A stretch of 64,000 nucleotides of DNA from Candidatus Oxydemutator sp. (GTDB taxonomy: Bacteria > Pseudomonadota > Gammaproteobacteria > Poriferisulfidales > Oxydemutatoraceae). Shown piece after piece: positions 26,337 to 40,248 of the stretch (the stretch's first letter is position 1; each line of letters opens with the position of its first letter). The translations under genes and the position numbers were made by a program. The notes beneath the pieces were generated by a model that had not been told where the DNA came from, ran no database searches, and was given only the letters and a program-made list of their open reading frames with translations. The DNA lies in the NCBI GenBank assembly GCA_965203445.1, contig OZ241883.1:2272001-2336000 (forward strand), written 5' to 3'.

Positions 26337-27500
26337 TTAATCCACCTGTTTCCTTAAAAACGCCGGTATTTCAAGGTATTCATCGTAATTTTCGTCCGAA
26401 CCTCGAGACTCCCGCCGGGGCAGGCGCGCCACCGCCGGACTGTCGAGGTCACCGTAGTCGTCGCCGTGCGACGCCGCCGACGGCTTCTGCACCGCCGCCT
26501 GCTCATGGCGCACAACCTCGGCGCGCGCGTCGGCGGCGCCGAGACCGGTGGCGACCAGCGTCACCCGCAGTTCGTCCTCCAGACCCTCGTCCACGACGGT
26601 GCCGACGACCACGTTGGCGTCCTCGGTCGTAAGCTCGGACAGGCACGCTCCGATCTCCTCGAACTCGCCGATAGAGACGTCGGCGCTGGTGATGTTGACC
26701 AGCAGGCCGCGCACGTTCGACAGATCCATGTCCTCCAGCAGCGGATTGTGGATCGCCGCCTGCGCCGCCTCGTAGGCGCGTCCTTCGCCGCGCGCCGAAC
26801 CGGAGCCAATCATCGCCATGCCCATTTCCGACATCACCGTGCGCACGTCGGCGAAATCGAGATTGACCATGCCGTCGCAGGTGATCAACTCGGCGATGCC
26901 TTGGACCGCGCCGTAGAGCACGTCGTTGGCCCTCTCGAACGCCTCCGTTATCGTCACGTCGGAACCGAACACCGCGCGCAGCTTGTCGTTCGGAATCGTG
27001 ATCAGCGAATCCACGTACTTCGACAGGTTGTCTATGCCCTGTTCGGCCACGGTCATGCGCTTGCGCCCCTCGAACGAGAACGGCCTGGTCACGACGGCGA
27101 CCGTCAGGACGCCGAGACTCTTTGATATTTCGGCGATGACCGGGGCCGCGCCGGTGCCGGTGCCGCCGCCGAGGCCGGCGGTGATGAACACCATGTCGGC
27201 GCCGTCGAGCACGTCGCGCAAACGCTCGCTGGCCTCGTTGGCGGCGTCGCGCCCGAGCTCCGGGTCGGCGCCGGCGCCGAGGCCGCCGGTGAGTTTCTCG
27301 CCCAGGCGCACGACGGTGCCGGCGCGGCTGTTGCCGAGCGCCTGCACGTCGGTATTGGCGACGACGAACTCGACGCCGTCTATATCCCTGGCGACCATGT
27401 GATTGAGCGCGTTGCCGCCGCCGCCGCCGATGCCGATGACCTTGATGACCGCGCCCTGCGGGCGCGTCTCTTCCTCTACCAGTTGAAACGGAAATGACAT
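26337..27500 (-). CDS. ftsZ: Cell division protein FtsZ
   Basis: [31 protein letters not shown]. Confidence 0.98.
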   Translation of the reverse strand: MSFPFQLVEEETRPQGAVIKVIGIGGGGGNALNHMVARDIDGVEFVVANTDVQALGNSRAGTVVRLGEKLTGGLGAGADPELGRDAANEASERLRDVLDGADMVFITAGLGGGTGTGAAPVIAEISKSLGVLTVAVVTRPFSFEGRKRMTVAEQGIDNLSKYVDSLITIPNDKLRAVFGSDVTITEAFERANDVLYGAVQGIAELITCDGMVNLDFADVRTVMSEMGMAMIGSGSARGEGRAYEAAQAAIHNPLLEDMDLSNVRGLLVNITSADVSIGEFEEIGACLSELTTEDANVVVGTVVDEGLEDELRVTLVATGLGAADARAEVVRHEQAAVQKPSAASHGDDYGDLDSPAVARLPRRESRGSDENYDEYLEIPAFLRKQVD

Positions 27501-27531
27501 GATGACCTCCTTGCCTAAGCCGTCGTTGTGG

Positions 27532-28743
27532 TTAAAAATTATCCTTGAGCCAGGCTCTGGTCTTGCGCCAGGCTCCCTGTATGCGGCCTTCGGACGGCCG
27601 CTCCTCGACGTTGTCGAAACCGACTTCCGCGGCATAGCGCAGCAGCCCCAGCCCGGTCGCGTGCACCGGGTCGTTCGACAGCGACGGAAAACCCTCCACC
27701 GCCGCCGGCCGACCTATGCGTACCGGCATGTGCAGCACGCTCTCGGCCAGTTCGGCGGCGCCCTCGAGCTTGGCGCTGCCGCCGGTCAGGACGACGCCCG
27801 ACACGACCGCGTCCTCGAACCGGTGGCGCACCAGTTCGCGGCGCACCAGCGAGAACAGTTCCTCGTAGCGCGGCTCTATGATCTCGGCCAGCATCTGGCG
27901 GCGGATGCGCGAGCGCGGCCTCTCGCTCGACAGGCCGGCGACCTCTATCGTCTCGTCGTCGTCGGCGAGGCGCTTCAGCGCGAAGCCGTACTGCAATTTG
28001 ATCTCCTCGGCGCTGTTCGTCGGCGTGCGCAGCGTCACCGCGACGTCGGTGGTCACGTGGTCGCCGGCAATCGGAATGACCGCGGTGTGCACGACCGCGC
28101 CGCGCGTGAACACCGCGACGTCGGTGGTGCCGCCACCGACGTCCACCAGGCAGACGCCGAGTTCGCGCTCGTCGGGCGTCAGCACCGCGAGGCTAGAGGC
28201 GAGCGACTCGAGCACGAAGCTCTCGACCTCGAGACCGCAGCGGCGCACGCACTTGGCGATGTTCTGTATCGGGTGGGTGCCGCCGGTGATCAGGTGCACC
28301 GTGGCCTCGAGGCGGTAGCCGGACATGCCGACCGGTTCCTTGATGCCCTGCTCGCCGTCTATCGCGAAGTCGCGCGGCAGCACGTGCAGCACCTGCTGGT
28401 CGCCGGCGATCTGAATCGCCTGCGCGGTCTCGATCGCGTTGCGCACGTCGCTCGGGGTGACCTCGCCGTTGCGTATCGGCGCGGCGCCGTGGCAGTTGAG
28501 GCTCTGGATGTGCTTGCCGGCGACGCCGGCGTACACCGACGACACCTTGCACTCCGCCATCAGCTCGGCCTCCTCGACGGCGCGGCGGATCGAGTCCGCC
28601 ATCTCCTCGACGTTGACGACCACGCCCCTCTTCATGCCGCGCGACGGGCACGTGCCGACCGACAGCACCTTGACGTCGTCGCCCGCGGCCTCGCCGACGA
28701 TGACCGCGATCTTGCTGGTGCCGATGTCGAGCGCCGTCAGCAC
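27532..28743 (-). CDS. ftsA: Cell division protein FtsA
   Basis: ALDIGTSKI, VDVGGGTTD, VLTGG. Confidence 0.96.
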   Translation of the reverse strand: MLTALDIGTSKIAVIVGEAAGDDVKVLSVGTCPSRGMKRGVVVNVEEMADSIRRAVEEAELMAECKVSSVYAGVAGKHIQSLNCHGAAPIRNGEVTPSDVRNAIETAQAIQIAGDQQVLHVLPRDFAIDGEQGIKEPVGMSGYRLEATVHLITGGTHPIQNIAKCVRRCGLEVESFVLESLASSLAVLTPDERELGVCLVDVGGGTTDVAVFTRGAVVHTAVIPIAGDHVTTDVAVTLRTPTNSAEEIKLQYGFALKRLADDDETIEVAGLSSERPRSRIRRQMLAEIIEPRYEELFSLVRRELVRHRFEDAVVSGVVLTGGSAKLEGAAELAESVLHMPVRIGRPAAVEGFPSLSNDPVHATGLGLLRYAAEVGFDNVEERPSEGRIQGAWRKTRAWLKDNF

Positions 28744-29468
28744 GCCGTCTCCTCGCGCGCGCGCACCGCGAACCCGTCCGGGTAGCGCAAATCTATGCAG
28801 GCGGCGCGCCGCGGGCGCTCGAAACCGGCGCGCCGCGCGGCGACGAAGCGATGCACGCGCGCGCGCAGGCGGTCGCGCCCCAGCACCAGGCGCGTCCCGT
28901 CCGCCAGCCGCAGGCTCCACGAACCGCGCCGGTCCAGCCGCAGCGCCGCGACCTCGGCGCCGGCGTCGCCGAACGCCGGCGCCACCCAGCGGTAGAAGGC
29001 AAGCACCTCGCGCCGACGCCGCAACGGCGCCTCGAACAACGGCAGATCGTAGGGCTGGCTCAGCGGCGGCGCGAAGACCTCGCCGTCGCCGCTCAGCAGC
29101 GCGTCGCGGCCCCAGTAGGCGAGCGGCTCGTATTCGTGCAGCCTGATCCGTAGCGTCCCCGGCCACACGCGCCGCACGACGGCGCCGCGCACCCACGGGA
29201 TCTCGGCGAGTTCGCGCGCGACCTCGTGTACGTCCACCGACATCAGCCGCTGCTCGTAGAGGCTCTCGAAGATGCGCTCGACGCGAAAGCGGTCAATGTG
29301 GCGGTATTCCCCGGTAAGGTGCACGACCGCGACCTTGCCCGACACCAGAGCGCGCCAATCGGGCCGAAACGCCACCGCGGCCGCGATCACGGCGCCCGCG
29401 GCCGCGGCCAGAGTCAGCCACTCGAACCACGGCGCGGCGCGCGCCGGGCACGCCGCCGCCCTACCCAT
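28737..29468 (-). CDS. ftsQ: Cell division protein FtsQ
   Basis: PWVR..VRRVWP, IDLRYPDGFAV. Confidence 0.88.
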   Translation of the reverse strand: MGRAAACPARAAPWFEWLTLAAAAGAVIAAAVAFRPDWRALVSGKVAVVHLTGEYRHIDRFRVERIFESLYEQRLMSVDVHEVARELAEIPWVRGAVVRRVWPGTLRIRLHEYEPLAYWGRDALLSGDGEVFAPPLSQPYDLPLFEAPLRRRREVLAFYRWVAPAFGDAGAEVAALRLDRRGSWSLRLADGTRLVLGRDRLRARVHRFVAARRAGFERPRRAACIDLRYPDGFAVRAREETAC

Positions 29469-30390
29469 CGTCGCGCTCCTCCGATGTGCGCAAAATCTCG
29501 AGCGCCAACTCGTCGAAACCGATTCCCTCCGCGGCCGCCGCCATCGGCACCAGGCTGTGGCCGGTCATGCCGGGCACGGTGTTGACCTCGAGCAGGCGGA
29601 ACTCGCCGCTGGCGTCGCGCATCACGTCCACGCGCGCCCAGCCGCGCACGCCGAGTACGTCGCAGGCGCGCCGGCACAGGGCCTGCAATTTTTCGACGTC
29701 GCCGGCGGGCAGACCGCACGGGCAATGATAGCGAGTCGCGCGGTCCTCGTACTTGGCGACGTAGTCGTAGAATGGACGCGCCGGCTCCAGGAGAATCGGC
29801 GCGAGTATCCGTGTCCGCAACAGCGCGACCGCGTATTCGCGGCCCTCGATCCAGCTCTCGGCGATGACGTCGCCGAAACGCGCGGCCTCGCGCAACGCGG
29901 GCGCCCATTGCCCGAGGTCCTCGACCTTGCCGACGCCGATGCTCGAACCCTCGCGCCTCGGCTTCAACGCAAGTGGCAGACCGAGGGCCTCGGCGATGCG
30001 CGCCGGATCGCTGTCTTCGTCCACTTCGGCGTAGGCCGGCATCGGCAGCCCGAACGCGCCCCACAGGCGCTTGGCCGCAAGCTTGTCCATGCACGTGGCC
30101 GAGGCCAGCACGCCGCTGCCGGTATACGGAAGGCCGAGCGTCTCGAGCAGGCCCTGCACGGCGCCGTCCTCGCCCCCCCTGCCGTGCATTGCGACGAACG
30201 CGCGATCGAAAGCGTGCGCACCGAGACGCGCCGCCGACGCGCGCGTCACGTCGAAGGCGAAGGCGTCGACGCCGCGGCGGCCCAGCGCCTCGGTAACCGA
30301 GGCGCCGGTCTCGAGCGAGATCGCGCGTTCCGACGACCAGCCGCCCATCAACACGCCGACGCGCCCGAAATCGCGCGCTGCGCGCGTCAC
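29461..30390 (-). CDS. ddl: D-alanine--D-alanine ligase
   Basis: GGWSSERAIS, HGRGGEDG, EGSSIG, LEVNTVPGMT. Confidence 0.95.
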   Translation of the reverse strand: MTRAARDFGRVGVLMGGWSSERAISLETGASVTEALGRRGVDAFAFDVTRASAARLGAHAFDRAFVAMHGRGGEDGAVQGLLETLGLPYTGSGVLASATCMDKLAAKRLWGAFGLPMPAYAEVDEDSDPARIAEALGLPLALKPRREGSSIGVGKVEDLGQWAPALREAARFGDVIAESWIEGREYAVALLRTRILAPILLEPARPFYDYVAKYEDRATRYHCPCGLPAGDVEKLQALCRRACDVLGVRGWARVDVMRDASGEFRLLEVNTVPGMTGHSLVPMAAAAEGIGFDELALEILRTSEERDDG

Positions 30391-31288
30391 GCCCGTTCCC
30401 CGATGATGCACACTTCCGGGTGCAGGCGTACGCCGGTGCCGCGCTCGACCGCGTCGCGCACGCGCTCTATCAGCCGCTCGATGTCGGCGGCGGTCGCACG
30501 GCCGCGGTTGACGATGAAATTGGCGTGTTTTGCGGACACCTCGGCGTCCCCCACCGAGCACGACTTCAAGCCGCATTGCTCTATCAGGCGCGCGGCGTGG
30601 TCGTTCTCCGGATTCCTGAACACCGAACCGCAGCTGTACTCCCCCAACGGCTGCGCGCGCGCGCGCGTGCGCAGCAGCCTCTTCAGGCGCGCGCGCAGCG
30701 CGACGGCGTCGGCGCCGCGGCGCAGTGCGAACTCGGCGGACAGAAACCATTCCTCGTCCGGCATGTCGACGCGCCGGTAGGCGACGACGAAATCGCGCGC
30801 TTCGCGCCGCCGTCGCCGTCCGTCGCGCGCCATCGTCTCGACCGACGACACCCGCCGCCAGGTCTCGTCGCCGAAGGCACCGGCGTTCATGCGCAGCGCG
30901 CCGCCGACCGTGCCCGGGATACCGGCCATGAACTCCAGCCCCTCGAGACCCGCGCCCACGCAACGGCGCGCGAGCCGCGTGCACGCGGTGCCGGCGGCGG
31001 CGCGCACACGGTCGCCGTCCAGCATCTCGATACGATCGAAACCCTTGCGCAACGAGATAACGACGCCGCGCACGCCGCCGTCCCTGATCAGCACGTTGCT
31101 GCCCAGCCCCAGATACGTGACCGGATGGCCGGCGGCGCAGTCCGACAGAAAATACGCCAGGTCGTCGGCGTCGCGCGGCTCGAACAGGCAGTCGCCGGTG
31201 CCGCCGACGCGCCAGGAATTGAGGCGCGCCAGCCGGCAGTCGAAGTGCAAGCCGCCGCGCAGCGCGGCCGTGTCGCAGGCCAGACGGA

Positions 31289-31292
<4 letters not shown>
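30387..31292 (-). CDS. murB: UDP-N-acetylmuramate dehydrogenase
   Basis: GLGSNVL, GIPGTVGG..MNAGA, GSVFRNP, KHANFIVN. Confidence 0.95.
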
Positions 31293-32727
<1,435 letters not shown>

Positions 32728-32731
<4 letters not shown>

Positions 32732-33816
32732 CGCCCGATCTCCTCGAGACAGACACCGGCCACGCGCGCGGCGGCGTCGGGCACCGCCAAGCGCCGCGCG
32801 GCGCGCGCCATGTCGCCCAGCAGTCGCGGGTTCGCGCACAGGCGTTCGAGTTCCCGCGCCAGCGTCCGGGGCGAGAACTCGGACTGCGGCATCAGCACCG
32901 CGGCGCCGCGTTCGGACAGGAAGCGCGCGTTGTGCGTCTGGTGGTCGTCCGCCGCATGCGGGTACGGCACCAAAATCGCGGCGGCCGCGAACGCCGCGAG
33001 TTCGGCCACCGTGATCGCGCCGGCGCGGCACAGCACCAGATCGCTCCACGCGTACAAGGAACCGACGTCCTCGTCGAACTCGAAGAACTCGACGTCGGCG
33101 CCGCAGGCGGCGGCGCTCTCGAGCGCCTCCTGCAGGCGCCCGCGCCCGGTCTGCTGGCGCACCCGGGGGCGCAACGCCGGGTTCATCAGCGCAATCGCCC
33201 GCGGCACGACCCGGTTCAAGACCGCCGCTCCGAGACTGCCGCCGAGCACGAACAGGCGCAGGACGCCCGCGCGCGCGCGCGGCGCGGCGCGCCCGATCAA
33301 CGCGCGGCGCAACGGGTTGCCGACGTGCGTGCCGCCGTGCTTTTCCAGCACCCGGGGAAAGCCGGTCAGCACGCGCTTGCTGAGCGGAGCGAGCCAGCGG
33401 TTGACCAACCCGGGCGCGGCGTTCTGTTCGTGGATCACGAGCGGCACGCCGAGCACGAAAGCGGCGACGCCGCCCGGCGCGGCGGCAAACCCGCCCATGC
33501 CGAGCACCAGCGCCGGGCGGCGGCGGACGAACACCGCCAACATCCGCCAAAACGCGAGACTCAAGGTCCACGGCGCCAGGAGCTTGCGCACCGGCCCGGT
33601 GCCGCGCAGCCCGCCGACGCGCACCGTCTCGAACGCGAAGCCCGCGCCCGGCGCGACCTCGCTTTCCAACCCGGCCGCGGTGCCGAACCACGACACTTCC
33701 GCGCCGGCCGCGCGCAGCCGCTCGGCGACCGCGAGCCCCGGGAACACGTGGCCGCCGGTGCCGCCCGCCAGCAGCACGACGAGCGGCCGCGCGCGGCCGC
33801 GAACGTCAGCGTCCAC
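32728..33816 (-). CDS. murG: Glycosyltransferase MurG
   Basis: GGTGGHVFPG, HEQN, GGSLGA, HQTHNA. Confidence 0.95.
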
Positions 33817-34990
33817 GGCGCCCCCCGGCGACGCGCGCGCGCGGCGACGGCGTGCGACACTGCGCCTCGTAATGCACGCGCATCAGCAGGCCGACGCACA
33901 GCAGCGAGGCGACCAGGCTGCTGCCGCCCGCGCTGATGAACGGCAGGGTAATGCCCTTGGTCGGCAGCATGCCCATCGCCACCGCCATGTTGGTGAACGC
34001 CTGCAAGCCGAACCAGATTCCGGCGCCGTGGCAGAAGTACGCGCACGCGACCAGATTTTCGCGCCGCGCGCGCGCGGCGATCGCAAAGCAACGCCACACC
34101 AGCAGCCAGAACACCGCGACGACGGCGCACACGGCGATGAAACCCAGCTCCTCGGCGACGACCGAGAAAATAAAATCGGTGTGCGCCTCCGGCAGATAAA
34201 ACAATTTCTGCACGCCGTTGCCGAGGCCGACGCCGCCGAAGCCGCCGCTGCCGAACGCGATCAGCGACTGCGTAAGCTGATAGCCGCCGGCGAACGGATC
34301 CTGCCACGGGTCGAAGAATGAGACGACGCGCCGCCAGCGGTACGGCGACGACACCATGAACAGCACCGCGAGCGCCGCGAACACCGCCGCGAAGGAGAAA
34401 AAATAGCGCAGCCTGACGCCCGCGATCCACAGCAGCGCAAGGGCCACGGCGCTGATCAGCGCGGCGCCGCCGTAGTCCGGCTGCAACAACAGCAGCGCGG
34501 CGATGGCCGCGACTATCAGCAGCGGCCTGACGAAGGCGGACATCGTCTCGCGCACGTCGTCGCCGCGTCTTGCGACGTAGCCGGCGAGATAGATCAGCAG
34601 CGCCAATTTGGCGAACTCGGACGGCTGAAACGCGAAGCCGGCGAGACTGATCCAGCGGCGGCTGCCGTTGACCTCCCTGCCGACGAGCAGCACCGCGATC
34701 AGCAGCAGCAGCGACACGGCGACGAGCCAGCCGCCGCCGCGAAACACCGTTTGCGGCGCGATGAAATAGACGACAACCGCGGCGCACGCGCCGAGCAGCG
34801 CGTAGGCGATCTGGCGCTCCACGTAATGCAGCGGGTCGTGCGCGTTGCGCGCGGCGATCTCGAGCGACGCCGACGCCACCATGACCAGGCCAAACGACAG
34901 CAGCGCGACCACGCACAACAGCGCCCGGGCGTCCACCCACGCGGCCGACCCAGTGCGCGCACCCGGCATCCAGCCGACGAAACCGGTCAC
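33806..34990 (-). CDS. ftsW: Peptidoglycan polymerase FtsW
   Basis: NGSRRWI, QPSEFAK, LPEAHTDF, LPFISAGG. Confidence 0.95.
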   Translation of the reverse strand: MTGFVGWMPGARTGSAAWVDARALLCVVALLSFGLVMVASASLEIAARNAHDPLHYVERQIAYALLGACAAVVVYFIAPQTVFRGGGWLVAVSLLLLIAVLLVGREVNGSRRWISLAGFAFQPSEFAKLALLIYLAGYVARRGDDVRETMSAFVRPLLIVAAIAALLLLQPDYGGAALISAVALALLWIAGVRLRYFFSFAAVFAALAVLFMVSSPYRWRRVVSFFDPWQDPFAGGYQLTQSLIAFGSGGFGGVGLGNGVQKLFYLPEAHTDFIFSVVAEELGFIAVCAVVAVFWLLVWRCFAIAARARRENLVACAYFCHGAGIWFGLQAFTNMAVAMGMLPTKGITLPFISAGGSSLVASLLCVGLLMRVHYEAQCRTPSPRARVAGGRRGR

Positions 34991-36345
34991 CGGCGCAACT
35001 CCCGAAACGCCGAGGCGAAGGCGTCGCCGCGCTCGCGGTAATCGCGGTACATGTCGAGACTCGCGCACGCCGGCGACAACAGCACGCGGTCGCCGGGCAG
35101 CGCGGCGCGGCGCGCGGCGCGCGCCGCGCCGCGCATGTCCGCGACCTCGACGACCGGCACGCGCGCGCCGACGGCGCGCGCGATCCCGCCGGCGTCGCGC
35201 CCGAACAACACCACCGCGCGGGCGCGTTCGGCCGCGGCCTCGCCGAGCGCGTCGAAACGGGCGCCCTTGCCGTCGCCGCCGCAGATCAGCACCGCCTTGC
35301 CCGGCGCGGCGCGCAACGCGCTGACCGCGGCGGCGACGTTGGTCGCCTTGGAGTCGTTGATCCACTCGACGCCGTCGAGGCTGCCGAGAGACTGCATCCG
35401 ATGCGCCAATCCGCGAAAGGCGCGCGCTTCGGCGACCATGGCCGCGCGCGGCACGCGCAGCGCGCATCCCAGCGCAAAGGCCGCCTGCACGTTGAGCAGC
35501 CCGGCGTCGCCCGCAAGCGCTACCTCGTCGCAGGCGAGCCACGCTTGCGCGCCGCGCGCGATACAGCGGCGCGCGCCGTCGGTGACGATCCCGAAGTGGC
35601 CGGCGTCGCCGCGCCCGAGGCCGAAGGAGACGACGTCGGCGACGCGCGCGGCGACCGCGAACGCCTCCTCGCGGTTGACGACGACGGTGCCGCTGTTGCG
35701 ATGTACGCCGAGCTTGGCTTGCAGATATTCGTCGCGCGTGGCATAGCGGTCGAGATGGTCGTCGCTGACGTTGAGCACCACCGACGCCGCCGGGCGCAGC
35801 GAGCGCGTCGTCTCCAGCTGGAAACTCGACAACTCGAGGATATAGACGTCGGCGGCGACGCGCCGCTCGAGCAGGTCGAGCGCCGGCGTGCCGAGATTGC
35901 CGCCGGCGGCGACGCGCAGGCCGGCGGCCGCGGCCATCGCCTCGAGCAGGCGGGTGACGGTGCTCTTGCCGTTGGAGCCGGTGATGGCCGCGACCGGACG
36001 CCGTGCCACGCAGCGCGCGAACAACTCGACGTCGCCCATGATCGGTATACCCCGGGCCGCGGCGCGGCGCAGCGCCGGCGTGTTCAACGGCACGCCCGGG
36101 CTTACGACGATGTCGTCGGCCTCGAAGAAACGCGCCTCGTCGAAGGCGCCGAAATACACCTCGGCGTCCGGGTCGAGCCGCCGCAAGCCGGCGTACGCCG
36201 GCGGCGACCGGCACTCGTCGGCGACCGCGAACGCGATGCCGCGCCGGTGCAGGAAGCGCGCCACCGACAGCCCGGTCGCGCCCAGGCCGACTATCAGCGC
36301 CTTGTGTCCGGGCGGAAGTGGGGTGGCGGCGGGCATCGGCGTCAC
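34987..36345 (-). CDS. murD: UDP-MurNAc-Ala--D-Glu ligase
   Basis: [30 protein letters not shown]. Confidence 0.95.
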   Translation of the reverse strand: MTPMPAATPLPPGHKALIVGLGATGLSVARFLHRRGIAFAVADECRSPPAYAGLRRLDPDAEVYFGAFDEARFFEADDIVVSPGVPLNTPALRRAAARGIPIMGDVELFARCVARRPVAAITGSNGKSTVTRLLEAMAAAAGLRVAAGGNLGTPALDLLERRVAADVYILELSSFQLETTRSLRPAASVVLNVSDDHLDRYATRDEYLQAKLGVHRNSGTVVVNREEAFAVAARVADVVSFGLGRGDAGHFGIVTDGARRCIARGAQAWLACDEVALAGDAGLLNVQAAFALGCALRVPRAAMVAEARAFRGLAHRMQSLGSLDGVEWINDSKATNVAAAVSALRAAPGKAVLICGGDGKGARFDALGEAAAERARAVVLFGRDAGGIARAVGARVPVVEVADMRGAARAARRAALPGDRVLLSPACASLDMYRDYRERGDAFASAFRELRR

Positions 36346-37421
36346 CTGATCTTGAGGGTCGCCAGACCGACCAGCACCAGCAACAGGCTGATGATCCAGA
36401 AACGCACGATGACGCGCGGTTCGGGCCAGCCGCGCAACTCGAAATGGTGGTGCAGCGGCGCCATCCGGAAGACGCGCCGCCCGGTGGACTTGAACGACGC
36501 CACCTGCAACATGACCGACAAGGTCTCGACCACGAACACCCCGCCCATGATCACCAGCACCAGTTCCTGGCGCACCAGCACCGCGACCACGCCGAGCGCG
36601 GCGCCGAGCGCGAGCGAGCCGACGTCGCCCATGAATACCTGCGCCGGGTACGTGTTGAACCACAGAAAACCGAGCGCGGCGCCGGCCAGCGCGCCGCAGA
36701 AAATCACCAGTTCGCTCGCCGACGGCAGGTGCGGAATCGCAAGGTAATGCGAGAAGTTCGCGTGGCCGCTGGCGTAGGCGAAGATGCTCAACGCGACCGC
36801 TATCAACGCCACCGGCAGCACCACCAGGCCGTCGAGGCCGTCGGTCAGATTGACGGCGTTGCTGGCGCCGACCATGGTCAGGTAGGCGAGCACGATGAAC
36901 CACGGCCCCAGGTCCACCATCACGTCCTTGACGAACGGCACTATCAGCTGGAGTTCGTTCGGATATTCGGCGCCGTCGAACAGCAGCACCGCGACCAGCA
37001 GGCCGGCCACCGACTGCCAGAAGAACTTGACGTGCATCGCAAGGCCGCGTCCGTCACGCCGCAGTTTCAGATAATCGTCGGCGCCGCCGACGGCCGCGAA
37101 CAGGAGCGTTGCAAGCAGCGCGGTCGCAACGTAGCGGTTCGAGACGTCGGCCCACAGCAGCGTCGTCAACACTATCGTCACTATCATCAACACGCCGCCC
37201 ATGGTCGGCGTGCCGTGCTTCGGATAATGCGACTTCGGGCCGTCGTCGCGCACGTTCTGGCCGACTTTCATGCGCGCCAGCGCGGCGATGATGCGCGGCC
37301 CCAGAACCAGGCTCAGCAACAGCGCGCTGATCGCCGCCATCACGCCGCGAAACGTGATGTACTGAAACAGATGAAAGCCGCTGTACGACGACGCCAGCCA
37401 TTCCGTGAGCCGCGTCAACAT
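36342..37421 (-). CDS. mraY: Phospho-MurNAc-pentapeptide transferase
   Basis: [34 protein letters not shown]. Confidence 0.97.
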   Translation of the reverse strand: MLTRLTEWLASSYSGFHLFQYITFRGVMAAISALLLSLVLGPRIIAALARMKVGQNVRDDGPKSHYPKHGTPTMGGVLMIVTIVLTTLLWADVSNRYVATALLATLLFAAVGGADDYLKLRRDGRGLAMHVKFFWQSVAGLLVAVLLFDGAEYPNELQLIVPFVKDVMVDLGPWFIVLAYLTMVGASNAVNLTDGLDGLVVLPVALIAVALSIFAYASGHANFSHYLAIPHLPSASELVIFCGALAGAALGFLWFNTYPAQVFMGDVGSLALGAALGVVAVLVRQELVLVIMGGVFVVETLSVMLQVASFKSTGRRVFRMAPLHHHFELRGWPEPRVIVRFWIISLLLVLVGLATLKIR

Positions 37422-38773
37422 TCGGCGTCCCTCGCGTCCGCGCCGCCGGGCGACAGCGCCGCCACCAGCCTTTCCATGCGCGCCGAACGGGAGCCCTTGA
37501 CCAGCAGGAACACGTCAGGCGCGGCCTGTCCGATGATCCTGCCGGCCAAAGACTTCAGGGAGGTAAACAGTTCGGCGCCCTCGCCGAAATGGGCGCCGGC
37601 CTCGGCCGCGCCCGCGCCCAACGCGAACAGCCGCTCTATGCCCGCGCTCTTCGCGCGCAGTCCGGCGGCGGCGTGCAGCGCGCGCGCGTCGGCGCCGAGT
37701 TCGGCCATGTCGCCCAGCGCGAGCCAGCGTCTGCCGGGACATTCCTTCAATACCTCGAGCGCGGCCTCGAGCGAGCCGGGGTTGGCGTTGTAACTGTCGT
37801 CTATCAGGTGCAGACCGCCCACGCCGCGGCGGTTCTGCAGGCGCCCGCGCACCGGGCGCACCGCCTCGAGACCGGCGATGATCGCGTCGGCGTCGGCGCC
37901 GGCGGCGTGCGCCGCGGCGCCCGCGGCGAGGGCGTTGCAGACGTTGTGGCGCCCGGGCAGGCGCAGGCGGCAGGATCGCACCGCGCCACCCAGGCTCAGT
38001 TCGACGGAATCCGCACCAGTCGCGGTCGCGCGGAAGTCGGCGTTCCCGGAAAAGCCGAAATCCAGGGTGCGCCGGGCGCCGAGCAGGCGGCGCCAGTAGT
38101 CATAGTAGGCGTCGTCGCGGTTGACGACGCCGGTCGCCGACGGTCGCAGCGACTCGAACATCTCGCCCTTGGCGCGCGCGACGCCGTCGAGATCGCGAAA
38201 GCCCTCGAGGTGCGCGCGCGCCGCGTTCAGCACGACGCCGACGTCGGGGCGCGCGAGCGCGCACAAACGCCGGATCTCGCCGGGATGGTTGGCGCCCATC
38301 TCGACGACCGCAAACCGGTGGCGCGGGCGCATCGCCAGCAAGGTCAGCGGCACGCCGACGTGGTTGTTCCGGTTGCCCTCGGAAGCGAGCACCGCGTGCG
38401 AGCGCGCCAGGATCGAGGCGATCATCTCCCTGGTCGTGGTCTTGCCGTTGCTGCCGGTCACTCCGATGACCAGCGCGCGCAGGCGCCCGCGCCAAGCCCC
38501 GGCGAAGCGCGCCAGCGCGCGCAGCGTGTCTTCGACGCGCACCTGCGGCAGCGGCACCGCGACCGCTCTCGACACCAGCGCCGCGCGCGCCCCGGCGGCC
38601 GCGGCGCGCGCGACGAAATCGTGCCCGTCGAAACGCTCGCCTCGGAGGGCGACGAACAACGCGCCGGGGGACAGCGCGCGGGTGTCGGTCGCGACGTGCT
38701 CGACCGGCACGTCGTCGCCCTCGAGCAGGCCGCCGGCCAGGGCCGCCACTTCCGACAGGGCGAGCCAGCTCAC
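37415..38773 (-). CDS. murF: MurF ligase
   Basis: [35 protein letters not shown]. Confidence 0.95.
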   Translation of the reverse strand: MSWLALSEVAALAGGLLEGDDVPVEHVATDTRALSPGALFVALRGERFDGHDFVARAAAAGARAALVSRAVAVPLPQVRVEDTLRALARFAGAWRGRLRALVIGVTGSNGKTTTREMIASILARSHAVLASEGNRNNHVGVPLTLLAMRPRHRFAVVEMGANHPGEIRRLCALARPDVGVVLNAARAHLEGFRDLDGVARAKGEMFESLRPSATGVVNRDDAYYDYWRRLLGARRTLDFGFSGNADFRATATGADSVELSLGGAVRSCRLRLPGRHNVCNALAAGAAAHAAGADADAIIAGLEAVRPVRGRLQNRRGVGGLHLIDDSYNANPGSLEAALEVLKECPGRRWLALGDMAELGADARALHAAAGLRAKSAGIERLFALGAGAAEAGAHFGEGAELFTSLKSLAGRIIGQAAPDVFLLVKGSRSARMERLVAALSPGGADARDAEC

Positions 38774-40248
38774 GGATGCCCTCCGGCGCCGGCCAGCGCG
38801 CGCCGTATCACGTCGGCGTCGTCGAAAGGCAGCGCCGCGCCCGCCACTATCTGGCGGGTCTCGTGCCCCTTGCCCGCGACCAACACCACGTCGCCGGCGG
38901 CGCAGACCGCGATCGCGCGCGCGATCGCGCGCGCGCGATCGCGGATGATCTCGACGTGGGCGCGGTCGCCGATACCGGACAGCACGTCGGCGACGATTGC
39001 GTCCGGATCCTCGGCGCGCGGATTGTCGTCGGTGACGACCGCGTGGTCGCACAGGCGCGCCGCGGTCTCCCCCATGCGCGGGCGCTTGTCGGCGTCGCGC
39101 TCGCCGCCGCAGCCGAACACGCACGCGACGCGGCGCGCGGCCAGTTCGCGGCAGCAGGCGAGCGCCCCGGCCAGGGCCTCGGGCGTATGCGCGTAGTCCA
39201 GGACGACGAGCGGCTTGTCGCCGCCGCCGAAGCGCTGCATGCGCCCGCGCACCGGGCGCACGCGCGACAGCAGGGACGCGGCTTCGGGCGCGGCGACGCC
39301 GACCGCGGTGAGCGCGGCCAACGCCGCCAGCAGATTGGCGACGTTGAATCTTCCGAGCAGCGGCGCGCTTATCGAGAGCACCTCGCCGTGCGCGCGCGCG
39401 GTGATCTCGAGGCCGACGGCGGAGGCCTCGGCGCGCTCGACGCGGACGTCGGCCGCGGCCGCGGTCGAGTAGGTGACGACGCGCGTGCCCGGCGCGCAGG
39501 CGGCGATGAACGACGCGGCGTAGTGGTCGTCGGCGTTGAGCACCGCGCAAGCGAGGCCACGCGTCTGGAACAGGCGTCTTTTGGCCGCCACGTAGTTCTC
39601 GCGCGTGCCGTGGTAATCGTGGTGATCCGATCCCACGTTGGTGAGCACCGCGACCTCGATCGCAAGCCCGTTCAACCTTCCCTGGACGATGCCGTGCGAC
39701 GACGCCTCGAGCACGACGTGGCCGACGCCGTCGTCGCGCAGGCGGCGCAGTTCGCGGTTCAGCGCGAGCGCGTCGGGCGTCGTGTTGGCGGCGGGCGCCA
39801 AGGCGCCGAACTCGCCGCCGCCGAGCGTGCCGAACAAGCCGCAACGGCGTCCCGACAGCGACAGCGCCTCGGCCACGAAGTGGCTGACCGAGGTCTTGCC
39901 GTCGGTGCCGGTTACCGCGACCACCGACATCTCGCGCGACGGATGCGCGAAGAAGCGCGCGGCGATGACGCCGGCCTTGGCGCGCAGCCCCTCGACGCGC
40001 ACCATCGGCACGTCGTCCGTGGCGGCCGCGTGCGCGCCCTCCCAGGCGACCGCGTGCGCGCCGCGCTCGATGACCTCGGGCAGAAAGTCGAGGCCGTGCG
40101 CGCGCGCGCCCTGCAGCGCGAGGTAGAGGTCGCCGCGGCGCACCCGGCGGCTGTAATTCGCAACGCCGGTCACCGACACGCGCGGCGCGCGGCGCGGCGC
40201 GGCGAGGCCGTCTAGCAGCAGCGGCAACGGCATGCCGGCGGCCATCAC
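38770..40248 (-). CDS. murE: MurE ligase
   Basis: TGTDGKTS, DYAHTP, DNPR, AGKGHE. Confidence 0.95.
   Translation of the reverse strand: MMAAGMPLPLLLDGLAAPRRAPRVSVTGVANYSRRVRRGDLYLALQGARAHGLDFLPEVIERGAHAVAWEGAHAAATDDVPMVRVEGLRAKAGVIAARFFAHPSREMSVVAVTGTDGKTSVSHFVAEALSLSGRRCGLFGTLGGGEFGALAPAANTTPDALALNRELRRLRDDGVGHVVLEASSHGIVQGRLNGLAIEVAVLTNVGSDHHDYHGTRENYVAAKRRLFQTRGLACAVLNADDHYAASFIAACAPGTRVVTYSTAAAADVRVERAEASAVGLEITARAHGEVLSISAPLLGRFNVANLLAALAALTAVGVAAPEAASLLSRVRPVRGRMQRFGGGDKPLVVLDYAHTPEALAGALACCRELAARRVACVFGCGGERDADKRPRMGETAARLCDHAVVTDDNPRAEDPDAIVADVLSGIGDRAHVEIIRDRARAIARAIAVCAAGDVVLVAGKGHETRQIVAGAALPFDDADVIRRALAGAGGHP

Noticed and set aside
26022-26357. ORFs, or a mini-CRISPR, across the 33-bp tandem repeat
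   Set aside because: No unique spacers; the ORFs simply reflect a repeat unit divisible by three
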